A stretch of 32,400 nt of DNA from Patescibacteria group bacterium. Its GTDB lineage: Bacteria; Patescibacteriota; Microgenomatia; UBA12405. Location of the stretch: assembly GCA_018818185.1 (NCBI GenBank), contig JAHISL010000025.1, positions 1 through 32,400 of the forward strand. Reading direction: 5' to 3'. This document shows, piece by piece, positions 9,395 through 17,977 of this stretch (positions are counted from its first letter, which is position 1; each line of letters begins with the position of its first letter). The notes beneath the pieces were generated by a model. That model had not been told where the DNA came from, did not search any database, and saw nothing but the letters and a program-made list of their open reading frames with translations. Position numbers and translations under genes: made by a program.

Positions 9395-9802
9395 TTAATC
9401 TAAATTGTATCTCCAAAAAATAGCAGTGAGATTTTTGCCACCATTGACAAGATTAATGGCTTTTTTTAATTCATATTGACTAATAGTTTTATTTAATGGT
9501 TCTCTATATGGAATATTGCCAGTATAGAATTTTTCTAGAACTGGTAAAGCAGAAGAACTACCTAATTGTCCTAAAACCCAAATAGCGGAATTTCTGGCTT
9601 GAAAACCTCGGTTTTCATCTTCTAAAAGACTAATTAAGCTTTCTGTGCAAGAACCTCCATATTCTTTTTGAGCGTCATAACATTTGGATTTAACATCAAA
9701 ACCAATCCAGGTACAGGTGATAGTAAAAAACAAAATAAAAATACTAAAACCAATTGCTCCGATAAAAAGAATTGGTTTTTTAAAATTTTTTATAACTTTC
9801 AT
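9395..9802 (-). CDS. Membrane-anchored HEAT-repeat protein
   Basis: N-terminal TM; RNSAIWVLGQLGSSSALPVL (PBS-HEAT-like). Confidence 0.7.
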   Translation of the reverse strand: MKVIKNFKKPILFIGAIGFSIFILFFTITCTWIGFDVKSKCYDAQKEYGGSCTESLISLLEDENRGFQARNSAIWVLGQLGSSSALPVLEKFYTGNIPYREPLNKTISQYELKKAINLVNGGKNLTAIFWRYNLD

Positions 9803-9804
9803 TT

Positions 9805-10005
9805 TTAATCCTCCTGTTGATATATAAAAATATCTTCAATATTAACTTTAAAAAAAAGAGCAATTTTAAAAGCTAAAGTAATCGATGGTAAATAACGATT
9901 GCTTTCAATGGCAATAATTGTTTGCCGACTAACACCTAATTTGTCAGCCAATTCTTCTTGGGTTAAATTTTCAGCTACCCGATGAATTTTTAATTTATTC
10001 TTCAT
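9805..10005 (-). CDS. XRE-family HTH transcriptional regulator
   Basis: LTQEELADKLGVSRQTIIAIESNRYLPS...IEDIF. Confidence 0.95.
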   Translation of the reverse strand: MKNKLKIHRVAENLTQEELADKLGVSRQTIIAIESNRYLPSITLAFKIALFFKVNIEDIFIYQQED

Positions 10006-10417
10006 CTTTTTTACCTCCGAATTTTTTGGCTAAAAAGAAATAAGAAATTGAATAAAGAGTGATTAAAAATAGTGTTAAAAAAGCAAATATAGTTCCTAAA
10101 GATTCTAGGAATAAAAATTCACCTTTTGAAAAAACAGATAAATTACTAAAAGAAGGAATAAGTAAAATAAAAGCTCCAATACCTATAGTCGGACCAAAAA
10201 TAGAATAGGTAAAATCAGCAGCTTTTTCTTGAATAGACAACTCTCTTTCGTCAATAATATTTTTATTACTTAAATGGACTAAAGAAAAAAGAATAATCCC
10301 AGTAAAAATAGAGACTAAGGTTAAAAGATAAAGTTTCAAAAAAACAGAAATAGTAATAATCGAAATAATAAAAAGAATAGCAATAAAGCGAATTTGTTTA
10401 TATTTTTTGATATCCAT
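9995..10417 (-). CDS. DUF2178-like membrane protein
   Basis: Four TM segments, DERELSIQEKAA motif, adjacent to the XRE regulator; start at 10417 (6 nt after TACAAT) or 10423. Confidence 0.75.
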   Translation of the reverse strand: MDIKKYKQIRFIAILFIISIITISVFLKLYLLTLVSIFTGIILFSLVHLSNKNIIDERELSIQEKAADFTYSIFGPTIGIGAFILLIPSFSNLSVFSKGEFLFLESLGTIFAFLTLFLITLYSISYFFLAKKFGGKKDEE

Positions 10418-10419
10418 AA

Positions 10420-10452
10420 ACATATTGTAAAGTACACTTTACAATATGTCAA
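10420..10452 (-). promoter_or_regulatory. Promoter overlapped by a 30-bp palindromic operator
   Basis: TTGACA(10452-10447)-17-TACAAT(10429-10424); acatattgtaaagt-ac-actttacaatatgt at 10420-10449. Confidence 0.85.
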
Positions 10453-10504
10453 GTTTCCTTGTCATTATGAAACTTCTAAAACTGTTCCGTTGTGGTCTGT
10501 TTAG

Positions 10505-10526
10505 GCTCCCCTGCTGGGATACTACT
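10505..10526. other. Degenerate att-like copy of the tRNA-Asn 3' end (distal island boundary)
   Basis: gctcccctgctgggatactac vs gctccccctctaagattcgaa (17017 onward): 14/21 identical, first 7 exact. Confidence 0.55.
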
Positions 10527-10596
10527 CGGATAGAAAAATGGGTAAAAAATTATTTAATGCTCCACGAAATGAACAATTTTAAAACTAGTTATTGTT

Positions 10597-11019
10597 CTAA
10601 CTCGTGAATATCAATTTAGGGTCTACGTACTCACCGCTTTCAAACTGAAGGATGGCATCACCCACCTGAGGTCGGAGATTATGTAGCTTTTTCACACTAT
10701 CCAAATCGTACCAATTACCAATACTATTCGATCCAGTATCATTTTCGCAAGAAAATAAAAAAACAATGTGACCTTTTTTAAAATAAAATATTTTTACAAG
10801 CCTATCAGGCACAACATTAGTTAAACCTGTTTCCTCAGCAATTTCTCTAGTTGCAGCCTCTATAGGTGATTCACCACTTTTTACATGACCAACAACTAAA
10901 GATAGGTCTCCTTTGCTTTTGTTACTATGTAAGTTTGTGGACGGCTCTTCTATTAAGAGTATTTTTTTAGTAACCGGATTATGAATAACGACTGCGATAC
11001 CAATATTATTAATGTCCAT
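10597..11019 (-). CDS. NUDIX hydrolase
   Basis: Nudix box GHVKSGESPIEAATREIAEETGL. Confidence 0.9.
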   Translation of the reverse strand: MDINNIGIAVVIHNPVTKKILLIEEPSTNLHSNKSKGDLSLVVGHVKSGESPIEAATREIAEETGLTNVVPDRLVKIFYFKKGHIVFLFSCENDTGSNSIGNWYDLDSVKKLHNLRPQVGDAILQFESGEYVDPKLIFTS

Positions 11020-11054
11020 ATATACATATTACATCAACAAAGTTTAAGTGTGAT

Positions 11055-11070
11055 GCTCGGATTGTTGAAT
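11055..11070. other. Left attachment junction of the serine-recombinase element
   Basis: GCTC core shared with 17017-17020; TGTTGAAT (11063-11070) is the reverse complement of ATTCAACA (17007-17014), each 4 nt from the central TC. Confidence 0.75.
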
Positions 11071-11217
11071 CAGGTGAGAACCTTTTTCATCGATCAGATT
11101 GTCACTCCCATTCAACCACAAGAAATAGATAAGAGATTCGTAATTAACTACTTTAGAAATCCTACACTGGCCTTAAACATACAATAATACAGTAGCAGAC
11201 TTGTACTAGTACCCTTG

Positions 11218-11610
11218 TTATTCTGGCAACTTACCTATTCCCAATACTGCTTGAGTTATATCTCTTTGGTTTTGTCTGATTTTCTGTGCAACAGCTTCGA
11301 CTTGCTCTTTCGTTAAATCTTTTCCTATTTGTTCTGCTAACCTGTTGGAGGAATTTTTAACCATATCAATTAAAGCTTGTTCTCTGTCCCGTTGAATTTT
11401 CAAGCGAAAATAAGCAATTGAAATAGAAAGCGAAAGTAGTAATACACCAACTACTCCCAACAGTATTTGTCTCTGTTGATTTAATTCGCGCATAAATCCC
11501 CAAAGAATTACCAGGCTTCCAACATAAGTGACTAGTCCAGCAATCCCAAACTCTCTTAGTACTTTTATCAGACTTTCACTAAAGATTGATTTGATAGTGT
11601 CAGGTTTCAT
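11218..11610 (-). CDS. Two-TM membrane protein with coiled-coil tail
   Basis: Two hydrophobic helices; ATGA overlap with the upstream gene. Confidence 0.7.
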   Translation of the reverse strand: MKPDTIKSIFSESLIKVLREFGIAGLVTYVGSLVILWGFMRELNQQRQILLGVVGVLLLSLSISIAYFRLKIQRDREQALIDMVKNSSNRLAEQIGKDLTKEQVEAVAQKIRQNQRDITQAVLGIGKLPE

Positions 11611-12314
11611 TTTTTATCCTCCTTATCCGGCATTTCTTCTTCATACTTATTAGCAATAATATCGCTTTCAACAAAATTAACAGTAAGCTTTATTAATTCC
11701 TTCAAATTTCCAATATCTTTGTTTTCCCATTTCCTATCATAATGTATTTCGTCATTTCCAAGCCAAGCAGCCCTTTTTGCACAAGCTTGTATTCGTTTAT
11801 CGTCAATTGCTGAGATTGCATCAGATAGTTGCATTTTTTTAATTTGTTCAACGGTTTTCACCTTGGTATTTTTTAGATAATCTTTTACTAAAAATTCCAA
11901 CGATTTTCTGTATCCACCACCGGCAATTTCGTCTAATCCAAAATCCTCAGATATTGCCGACTGGTTATATATTCTCGAAAAACGTTGACTAACTTCGTTT
12001 ATCTCGCCGGAAAATTTAATTGGTTCCCAATACTGCGGAGCAAGTGTTCTTTTTAAGAAAAAATAGTCACCCATTCTATCTGGTTTCGTATAAATCCCGG
12101 TATAGTATCTCTTACACTTATTGTTTGGGCATTGAAAAACAGCCTCAACCACCTCGTTATAATCCCAAGCAGCCCCTAATGAGTGACCAATTATAAATTT
12201 TGGTTGTCCTGCTACTCCACAAGCAGCACATTTATCAGGATATTCGTCAAGCTGAACGGATCCTCTGTTTCCACCCTCTAATACAACTGATATTGCGTGT
12301 GTGTCTACAGCCAT
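11607..12314 (-). CDS. DUF4145-domain protein with N-terminal Cys cluster
   Basis: CAAC...CPNNKC; GLDEIAGGGYRKSLEFLVKDY; AAWLGNDEIHY. Confidence 0.8.
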   Translation of the reverse strand: MAVDTHAISVVLEGGNRGSVQLDEYPDKCAACGVAGQPKFIIGHSLGAAWDYNEVVEAVFQCPNNKCKRYYTGIYTKPDRMGDYFFLKRTLAPQYWEPIKFSGEINEVSQRFSRIYNQSAISEDFGLDEIAGGGYRKSLEFLVKDYLKNTKVKTVEQIKKMQLSDAISAIDDKRIQACAKRAAWLGNDEIHYDRKWENKDIGNLKELIKLTVNFVESDIIANKYEEEMPDKEDKK

Positions 12315-12316
12315 AT

Positions 12317-13360
12317 TTATTTTAAGAACGTTTCATTTATTGCCGAAAATTCTGAAACGGCTTTGAAAAAGTTTTCTAACTGTTTATATTCTCTAAAACT
12401 AAAATCATTCTTATATTTATAATAAGGATCGTTGTTAATATATTTTTCATAAAGATAGTAATCCTTACCAGAAGCGATAATAAAAAGTTTTGTCGATAAA
12501 GGAACTAATTGATACAACCTTTGAAGACCGCTACTAATTTTAGTGCTATGTTCAACTTCAAAAGCGTATTTTGGCACCTCGTCCTTAAACCACATAACGT
12601 CAACCTGAGAGACTAATCTCACAATATCGCCACCCAAAAACCTCGTAGGAAGTTCTTTTAGAGATATATAATCTTGGAGTTTTTCCCCATACGCCTCGTT
12701 TGATTTATTTGGGCTAAAAGTATCGTAGCCAAGCAATCTTCCAATTTTTAGAAGTAACATTTCAGCCTCAGCGTGAGCTGTTATTTCATTCTTTTCTTCA
12801 AGATCACTCTCAATTAAGGGTTTATCCTCAGTGACACTGTAATGGCTTAAAAAAGCGTCTGCACTGCCAAACTTATCTAATATGGCCTTATTCCCCTCTT
12901 CGTTCAGAGGCATAAAACCTTGAATTCGATCAAACGAAGGTTCGTATTTTCCAAACTGTTGAATGTCAGACATTGGCATATATATTGGTCTTAAATCCTT
13001 TAAGAAAAAGACACAAGTCCACGGTTCTTCTCCTGTCTTTGGAGGCCACAATGCTAAACCAAGATCTCTACTGTGTTGCTTATAGAGAAGTTTGCCTGCA
13101 TATAAAAATTTTCCTTCTTTTTCATTACCTTCACGGCCTTTGTAGAAAAGTACTAAATCGTCAACTTCCATTTTGTCCCAAGAAGATTTTTTGGCTTCTT
13201 TATTTCCCCAAACAAATATCTTGTCGCTCGGAGCCAAAGTCTTTTTACCAGAGTCGTCTAAAAACGGTTCAACAATTGACTTGTCTACGCCGTTTTCAAT
13301 AGTACTTAAAAAATTCTTATATGACGTTTCGTTTGAACGTGGAGCGAGAAATATCTTCAT
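12317..13360 (-). CDS. EVE/PUA-like domain fused to PD-(D/E)XK restriction-endonuclease-like domain
   Basis: N-term VWG...WDKMEVDDLVLFY...LWP...W.CVFFL; C-term AHAEAE, VDVMW, AFEVEHST..SGLQRL. Confidence 0.65.
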   Translation of the reverse strand: MKIFLAPRSNETSYKNFLSTIENGVDKSIVEPFLDDSGKKTLAPSDKIFVWGNKEAKKSSWDKMEVDDLVLFYKGREGNEKEGKFLYAGKLLYKQHSRDLGLALWPPKTGEEPWTCVFFLKDLRPIYMPMSDIQQFGKYEPSFDRIQGFMPLNEEGNKAILDKFGSADAFLSHYSVTEDKPLIESDLEEKNEITAHAEAEMLLLKIGRLLGYDTFSPNKSNEAYGEKLQDYISLKELPTRFLGGDIVRLVSQVDVMWFKDEVPKYAFEVEHSTKISSGLQRLYQLVPLSTKLFIIASGKDYYLYEKYINNDPYYKYKNDFSFREYKQLENFFKAVSEFSAINETFLK

Positions 13361-13466
13361 AGTCGTATTTTACTCCAATTGTATACGTAAGTGAATAATA
13401 GTTAAGTCCCAACAAATCGATCCTTTTTCTATCTTTCGAAACCGGGAAAAAGAGTAAAATAATACT

Positions 13467-13976
13467 ATGAGTAGTAGTGGCCCAAAGGGAATAAACTGGA
13501 CGGAAGTTTTTCAATTCTATTGTGAAACGATCAATGACAAGTTACCGTCTTACAAAGACGTCGCTAAAAGATTTGGGGTAAGTAAAACCGAAGTCGGTCA
13601 AAAGGCATTGGAAGAGAATTGGATAAATCTTAGACAAGAGTTATACGAAAACGGTAAAACTAAATTTTTAGAGAATAAATCAAACCAAATAGCAGAATCC
13701 GAAACCAGCCAGTTAGACAAATGGAGAGCTATTCAAGATTTGACAGACATTTATCTCGACGAGATCAATAAGGATCCATCACTTAAACAGGTTCATAAAT
13801 TGTATATTGTGTCTAAAATCATTAAGATTGCCATTGAAGGTGAAAGAATAGTTCTTGGATTACCCAACACTGTTCTACCTAATCGATTAACTACTAGAGA
13901 AGAACGTCAAGAATTATCACCAGAACTAATCCAAGAAATTGATAGATTATTTTTAATTAACAAAGCGCTTACTTGA
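13467..13976 (+). CDS. HTH protein resembling phage terminase small subunit
   Basis: NWTEV...Y...SYKDVAKRFGVSKTEVGQKALEENW..LR; C-terminal EGERIVLGLP. Confidence 0.55.
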   Translation: MSSSGPKGINWTEVFQFYCETINDKLPSYKDVAKRFGVSKTEVGQKALEENWINLRQELYENGKTKFLENKSNQIAESETSQLDKWRAIQDLTDIYLDEINKDPSLKQVHKLYIVSKIIKIAIEGERIVLGLPNTVLPNRLTTREERQELSPELIQEIDRLFLINKALT

Positions 13977-15159
13977 TATTGTTTATTTTTATTTGTAAGA
14001 CACCGACTAACTTCATTATGTATTCGTCTAATTCCAACAAATTTGCTTCCTTGAAACTGTCTCTTTTGACTTCATACACTTTATCGTGGGTTACAAAATA
14101 TAAAACAAAGTCGTTGTTTGTTAGAATGCTGGCAAGGGTTCCTTTGAAGTATTCAAACTCTTTATTGTCATAGGCTAAGGCACAAATATCATTTTTTAGT
14201 TTACTAAGCAACTCACCTTGTCTTTCATAAAAGTCTTTATCAACGTGGTTTTTATTAAATACAACGTAAAATATCATTTTTGGCGTTACTCGGCTGTGTA
14301 ATATGCCTTCTACAGTGGATTCCATTTCCCAAAGTGTTTCTACAACTTCTTCTTCCCTTTTAGGGAGAATGGCACCGTGTACTGGTGTACTTCTTTTTTT
14401 ATGCCACGCACTAAGCATTTTCTTTTTATCTGCCACTGACAAAATCCCTTCCGCAGTCATTAAATCAAGTCCTTCTGCTAAAGAATCTAGTAAGCTCTTC
14501 TTGTGGGTATCCTTTAACCTTCCAATAAGTCTATATTTTTCTTCCTTAGTTAAATCTGTCCACTTTTCAATAATAGAACTAAGTTCCTTTACTTTATCTT
14601 CTGAAAGTATTTTGCCACCTTCGTCACCAAGAACCCTCTCGATAATTGACCAAAGTTTAGTAATTCGATCTCCCGGATCTTCATAAGACTCAAATAGTCG
14701 ATACGATCTTAATCCACTTATCAAACGAGCGTTATTGTCTTTTTTAACAGTATCGTACTGCTTTTGTAGAGCTACTGGATCTCTTAATGAAACCGGGATC
14801 TTGTTTGATAATCTATTACTTCCACCAATACCTAGTGCACTTAATTGATAACTACCACTTTTTATACGTATTCCCCTCGAAGTTGTAAGCGATATAAGGT
14901 CAAGAATTGTATTTAACTCCTCTTCATATTTTTGAAATTCTTCGGTCTCTTTTGAAGGTATTTCTTGCACCAAATTACCCTTCTCATTTTTATCTGTTAG
15001 AGTTGCTTCAAAACTAAACGATACCTCTAGTTCGATATCTGATACTTTTTTGAAATTGTATCTATCTACAGAAAAATTCCAACCTTCACTAAAAAAGGGA
15101 TTTGAATTGTCCTCGTCATTTACCAGTTCCACTAATAGGTCTACATTAACGATATTCAT
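13969..15159 (-). CDS. HEPN-like (ApeA/MauJ-type) protein
   Basis: LWSIIE helix and R-x4-H motif (RSTPVHG); likely start MNIVNV at 15159, downstream of TATAAT. Confidence 0.55.
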   Translation of the reverse strand: MNIVNVDLLVELVNDEDNSNPFFSEGWNFSVDRYNFKKVSDIELEVSFSFEATLTDKNEKGNLVQEIPSKETEEFQKYEEELNTILDLISLTTSRGIRIKSGSYQLSALGIGGSNRLSNKIPVSLRDPVALQKQYDTVKKDNNARLISGLRSYRLFESYEDPGDRITKLWSIIERVLGDEGGKILSEDKVKELSSIIEKWTDLTKEEKYRLIGRLKDTHKKSLLDSLAEGLDLMTAEGILSVADKKKMLSAWHKKRSTPVHGAILPKREEEVVETLWEMESTVEGILHSRVTPKMIFYVVFNKNHVDKDFYERQGELLSKLKNDICALAYDNKEFEYFKGTLASILTNNDFVLYFVTHDKVYEVKRDSFKEANLLELDEYIMKLVGVLQIKINNIK

Positions 15160-15213
15160 TATAGGTAAATTATACTGCGATTGAGGTAAAATACGGATAT
15201 AGAGGGTAAAAAA

Positions 15214-15513
15214 ATGAATAATCAATCACCAGCGCAAAATAAATTTATATCGCACTTGTTAAAACGCGATCCTAAACTTGGCGAAAAAGATATTCCACCT
15301 CTAGTAAATAGTTTCAAGCGATTTGTAAAAGTGGTTCAGAAAATCTATACCGAACCCCAAGCCCAAATAATAATCAAAAATAAAAAAAGGATTATTACGA
15401 CAGATATTAAAGAGTTTAAGAAGGTTTTTGACAAAGATAATCCCAAACAAGATTTACTTGATACATTTAGAAAATTTCATAAATCTGTAACCAAAGATAA
15501 ATATGGAAGATAA
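15214..15513 (+). CDS. Small basic hypothetical protein overlapping the recombinase start
   Basis: 99 aa, Lys-rich; 11-nt overlap with 15503. Confidence 0.65.
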   Translation: MNNQSPAQNKFISHLLKRDPKLGEKDIPPLVNSFKRFVKVVQKIYTEPQAQIIIKNKKRIITTDIKEFKKVFDKDNPKQDLLDTFRKFHKSVTKDKYGR

Positions 15514-17029
15514 TGAACCAAAATATAATCGTGTTGTAGCTTATATCCGAAAATCGTCGGAAGATAATAAAGAAGGTGAGGCTAAAAAGCAGTTAAATTC
15601 TCTTGAATATCAAAATGATTTTGTTAAAGAAGCAATAAAGAAATATAAACTTGAACTGGCAGGGCCAATTTTTGAAGACACTAAAACCGGATACGAGGCA
15701 TTCGTGCGCGACGACTTTGCTAAAATGCTCGACTACTTAAAAGACCATAAAGACGAGATCGACGGCATTGTGTGTACTGAAATTAGCCGTCTGGCACGAA
15801 ACTTTGCCGACGGTGGAATGATTCTGTGGTATTTACAAAACGGAACAATTAAAAGAATTTATACTCCCACAAAAGTATTTACTGATTCTTCCGGAGATCA
15901 GTTAATGGTCGCTATTGAATTTGCTATGTCAAAGAAATCAAGCGACGATACGGGATACAGAACGATAGAGGGTATGAAATCAAAAGCAAGGGTAATGAAA
16001 CACCCTGCAAGACCTGCAATACTAGGTTACTTTACCGAAGGAAAAATTGGGCAAAAAAAATGGATTATTGATCCCAAAAAAGGGCCATTAGTTAGACAAG
16101 TCTTTGAACAATTCGCAACAGGAAAATACACTTTTGATCAAATAGCAGATTATGCTTTTAATATCGGACTTAAATCAATTAACAAGAAAACTATTATTGG
16201 AAAAATTTCTAAAAACACTTGGAGAAATAGATTGAGTGACGTTCAATACACAGGTATTTTTGAAAGCGACGGAGAAAGAATTGTAGGTGAATATAAACAT
16301 TTAATAGACACTCCACTTTTTTATCGTGTACAAGAAATTATTACCGACCACGAACACCCAAAAACTACCCACCTAGATTACGCATATTCGGGAATGTTTA
16401 AGTGTGGCCTATGTGGTGGAATGCTTTCAGGAACACACAAGAAAGGAATTACTTATTACCGGTGTGGTAAACGGAAAACCCCTTGTAAAGATATTGCTCG
16501 AATTACTTATATCCCCGAAAAACAACTTGAAGACAGTCTAATGACCGCTTTTGAAAACATAGAAATAGATCAAGATACTTGGAAAGCAGCACGAGAATAT
16601 GTCGCTGAAATAAATCAACCTCAAAAACTCGATATTAAGAAACAAATTCGAATGATAGGAGAAAAGATTTCGGCAGAGCAAAATACCCAAATAAATGTAG
16701 GTAGACGATTTTCAGCGAACGAATATACAAAAATAGATTATGACCGACTTATGGAAGATAGCCGTCGTAAAGAAGCCTCGTATCGAAACACGATTATTAA
16801 ATGTGAGAATATCGTAAACGAACTCGACGAACTTATGTATCAATTCCTCGACAACATTAAATATGTCACTAAAAAGTTGAGACTAGCATTACCAGAGAAC
16901 AAAAGAGAAATGGTTGATATTTTTTGTGAGAACTTGGAGTGGAAAGACGGAAAAGCCCTATGGGACTGGAAGAAACCGTATTTTATAATCGCAAATCGAC
17001 CAAAAAATTCAACAGTGCTCCCCCTCTAA
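15503..17029 (+). CDS. Large serine recombinase (integrase)
   Basis: AYIRKSS catalytic motif, EISRLARN, recombinase domain (ILGY), Zn ribbon CGLCGG...YYRC...C, coiled coil; stop codon lies inside the tRNA antisense. Confidence 0.93.
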   Translation: MEDNEPKYNRVVAYIRKSSEDNKEGEAKKQLNSLEYQNDFVKEAIKKYKLELAGPIFEDTKTGYEAFVRDDFAKMLDYLKDHKDEIDGIVCTEISRLARNFADGGMILWYLQNGTIKRIYTPTKVFTDSSGDQLMVAIEFAMSKKSSDDTGYRTIEGMKSKARVMKHPARPAILGYFTEGKIGQKKWIIDPKKGPLVRQVFEQFATGKYTFDQIADYAFNIGLKSINKKTIIGKISKNTWRNRLSDVQYTGIFESDGERIVGEYKHLIDTPLFYRVQEIITDHEHPKTTHLDYAYSGMFKCGLCGGMLSGTHKKGITYYRCGKRKTPCKDIARITYIPEKQLEDSLMTAFENIEIDQDTWKAAREYVAEINQPQKLDIKKQIRMIGEKISAEQNTQINVGRRFSANEYTKIDYDRLMEDSRRKEASYRNTIIKCENIVNELDELMYQFLDNIKYVTKKLRLALPENKREMVDIFCENLEWKDGKALWDWKKPYFIIANRPKNSTVLPL

Positions 17030-17089
17030 GATTCGAACTTAGGACCAATCGCTTAACAGGCGAGCGCTCTACCACTGAGCTAAGGGGGA
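17018..17089 (-). tRNA. tRNA-Asn(GTT), CCA not encoded
   Basis: TCCCCCT TA GCTC AGTGGTA GAGC G CTCGC CTGTTAA GCGAT TGGTC CTAAG TTCGAAT CTTAG AGGGGGA G; TGcTATAAT upstream near 17133-17141. Confidence 0.95.
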
Positions 17090-17183
17090 ATGTGGTCAAA
17101 AAACCATTTCAGATTTTCAAAAGTACAAAGGGATTATAGCATTAAAATCACCTCTAAAATATCCTTAACAAAAACTACCTATA

Positions 17184-17432
17184 TCACGAAAACCGTCTCT
17201 TAATGGGGACAATTTTTGCTAATTCAACATGCCAATCACCATCAAGAAACATCGGCTCTGACATCTTGGGACATACAGACACTTCCGCTGTACTCATAGA
17301 TGATAATATTGGCTGACCAAAGTCAAATCGAGTTTTCGGATGTCTAGTATTTAAGACTCTATTGTGAAAATCAATGTCACAATTTCCATAGGGCCTACCG
17401 CATGTATTACAAACATTTTCACCCTTACCCAT
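17184..17432 (-). CDS. Small Cys-containing hypothetical protein
   Basis: CNTC...C...C; last gene of a tightly packed minus-strand run. Confidence 0.6.
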   Translation of the reverse strand: MGKGENVCNTCGRPYGNCDIDFHNRVLNTRHPKTRFDFGQPILSSMSTAEVSVCPKMSEPMFLDGDWHVELAKIVPIKRRFS

Positions 17433-17436
17433 ATTG

Positions 17437-17973
17437 TTATTTTTTCAATAATCTATAATAAAATTTTTTCTTTCCTTTTGCCTTTGCTTCTTTTTTCCTT
17501 CCTCTATTTGTAGATTCCACAAAAGGAAAGCCCTTTTTCCCCACGTTTCCGTCAATTGCAATACAATACGGTGCAGTGAACCTATCATCAGGAACCCCGG
17601 ATCCAGGCCCTTGCACCATCAAAATCCTAAGTCCTTTCTGTGGTATTTCAATGCCTAACACTCTATCAACGCCATTTACCGTGTTACGCAAGGTAATGTC
17701 CACCCTTGCTCCAATTCGGTGAAAATGTTTAACTATTCGTTCTTCCATTAAATTAAAAGTTATACCACTATAATCACATCTCCCACACTTCGGAATCTCT
17801 TCTCCAATATCCGGACACACCAACCCACTCTGCGCTTTTCTAACAGGACATTCCCCCGCCCATACCTCATCTATGGTCCCATGTCTTGAACTCATATTAT
17901 TCAAATGCCCCACCACTTCATCCGCCGTCGATTTTGGTATTGTCACATATCCTTCACGATATCCATAGTTCAT
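17437..17973 (-). CDS. Hypothetical protein with Cys cluster and basic tail
   Basis: CPV...CPD...CGRC; probable start MNYGY at 17973. Confidence 0.65.
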   Translation of the reverse strand: MNYGYREGYVTIPKSTADEVVGHLNNMSSRHGTIDEVWAGECPVRKAQSGLVCPDIGEEIPKCGRCDYSGITFNLMEERIVKHFHRIGARVDITLRNTVNGVDRVLGIEIPQKGLRILMVQGPGSGVPDDRFTAPYCIAIDGNVGKKGFPFVESTNRGRKKEAKAKGKKKFYYRLLKK

Positions 17974-17977
17974 ATAT

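Larger units (their letters stand above)
11059..17020. mobile_element. Integrative element (5,962 bp) inserted at the tRNA-Asn 3' end by a large serine recombinase
   Basis: Recombinase abuts the tRNA; joining the two junctions gives a dyad-symmetric attP; cargo is defence- and phage-like; skew is weaker than in the flanks. Confidence 0.75.

Noticed and set aside
10981-11187. 68-aa plus-strand ORF as an independent gene
   Set aside because: It overlaps NUDIX antisense and crosses the att junction; better explained as the detached integrase C-terminus.
16939-17139. 66-aa ORF
   Set aside because: Antisense translation of tRNA-Asn.
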